DNA of 64,000 bases from Octopus sinensis (lineage: Eukaryota): NCBI RefSeq assembly GCF_006345805.1, contig NC_043009.1:744001-808000 (forward strand), written 5' to 3'. Below the pieces are notes generated by a model. It did not search any database and was not told where the DNA came from. It saw only the letters and a program-made list of their open reading frames with translations. How positions within the stretch are numbered: the stretch's first letter is position 1; every line of letters begins with the position of its first letter. A program made the position numbers and the translations under genes. Positions 63,048 through 64,000 of this stretch are shown one piece after another.

Positions 63048-63304
63048 ACAGGGACGACCCATTCAGACTGGTCATCCTTTTTGCTAGATCACCTATGCTA
63101 CACCACTGGTTTTCAGTTCATATTAATCAAATTAATATTCACAAGAAGAAGGACTATTCATTATAATACATCAGTTCCATCGGACAACTCCACAAACATT
63201 TGCCATTTTACACATGTATGTAAACAAATTCCTTTCTTTTAGAATTTCAATTCATTTACTTTTTCAATTCATACAAAGTTATTTAGGACGAATATAACAT
63301 CCGT

Positions 63305-63610
63305 TTAACCCTTTCGTTACCAAACCGCCCGAATTTACCTATTCATATTTAAATGAGAATATCAGAGTAAATCTCTTTAGTACATTCGTGAAAACACGTA
63401 TTATACTTCGTAAACACTTCAAATACAGTTTTGTACAAAAATCGAAGTGTAATTTTAATTCCGTGAATTATGGGAGATTTTTTTCCGAAATTTGTTCCTA
63501 TTGTGTTTTCAAAATTTGTAATTCTGACAAAAAATGGATACGAATTTCATTATATCAAGCAGCGAGTCAGAATTCGAAGGATTTTCTACTGAAGACCTTC
63601 ATAAATCTAA
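63305..63610 (+). mobile_element. piggyBac-like left end with acidic N-terminal stub
   Basis: TTAA-CCCTTTCGTTACC; ORF MDTNFIISSSESEFEGFSTED cut off by the next insertion. Confidence 0.45.
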
Positions 63611-63634
63611 CTCTATGACTGAAAAAAAAAAGCA

Positions 63635-64000
63635 TCTTTATATAAGAGTGAAGTTGTGTGTCTGTCTGCTACGATTTAGATTCGTAACTACTCCCACATT
63701 TTGCGGTGCAGTTTAACCAAAAGCGGGTATCTTATAGTCGTGATTCATATCGAGCCCTTCTGGGTATTAGCGCGCGTCTACGATGAGTCTACGATTTAAA
63801 AAAAATTTACCATCGTATTTTTCCATTTTAATGCATTTTTTTCGCTTTTATATAAGGGAAGTAACTCTCTAAAAATATCTACGATGTGTCAACGATTTAA
63901 AAAAAAATTTACCTTAATTTTTTTTCAATTTTTAATGCATTTTTTTGCTATTTTTTGGCTATAACTCTCTAAAAATGCTTATATAGTTATTTCCCTTACA
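63635..64000 (+). mobile_element. Non-autonomous Helitron running off the window end
   Basis: 5' TCTTTATATAAGAGTG; final 60 bp match the reverse complement of the subterminal region 27850-27910. Confidence 0.7.

Overview
Eukaryotic, AT-rich, very repeat-dense DNA with no confidently identifiable host protein-coding gene; it reads as intronic or intergenic. The mix of tRNA-derived SINEs and (AT)n/(GATA)n/(CATA)n/(TAA)n microsatellites resembles an octopus-type cephalopod genome, but that is an inference. Main elements: (1) a near full-length, frameshifted L1/Tx1-clade LINE (50018-55897, minus) with (GATA)n on both sides, plus older Tx1 relics; (2) a 5'-truncated Penelope-like element (PLE; RT + GIY-YIG, 41081-43795, minus) whose 3' region holds a multimerised promoter-like block and a minimal hammerhead-ribozyme motif with a U3-A8 core; (3) a 5'-truncated R4/Dong-type RLE retrotransposon in (TAA)n; (4) an internally deleted Helitron with both ends and a PIF1-like helicase remnant, plus several non-autonomous Helitrons; (5) Tc1/mariner, Tigger-like, piggyBac-like and RTE fragments; (6) at least three tRNA-SINE families. 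The most interesting signals are short non-coding elements carrying variant minimal hammerhead motifs, a tRNA-head/hammerhead-tail composite, a SINE sharing its 3' tail with the Tx1 LINE, apparent partitioning of retroelements among different microsatellite targets, and a 42-bp minisatellite that multiplies a splice donor. Most ORFs in the supplied track are microsatellite read-through. All alignments and folds were done by eye; boundaries are approximate.
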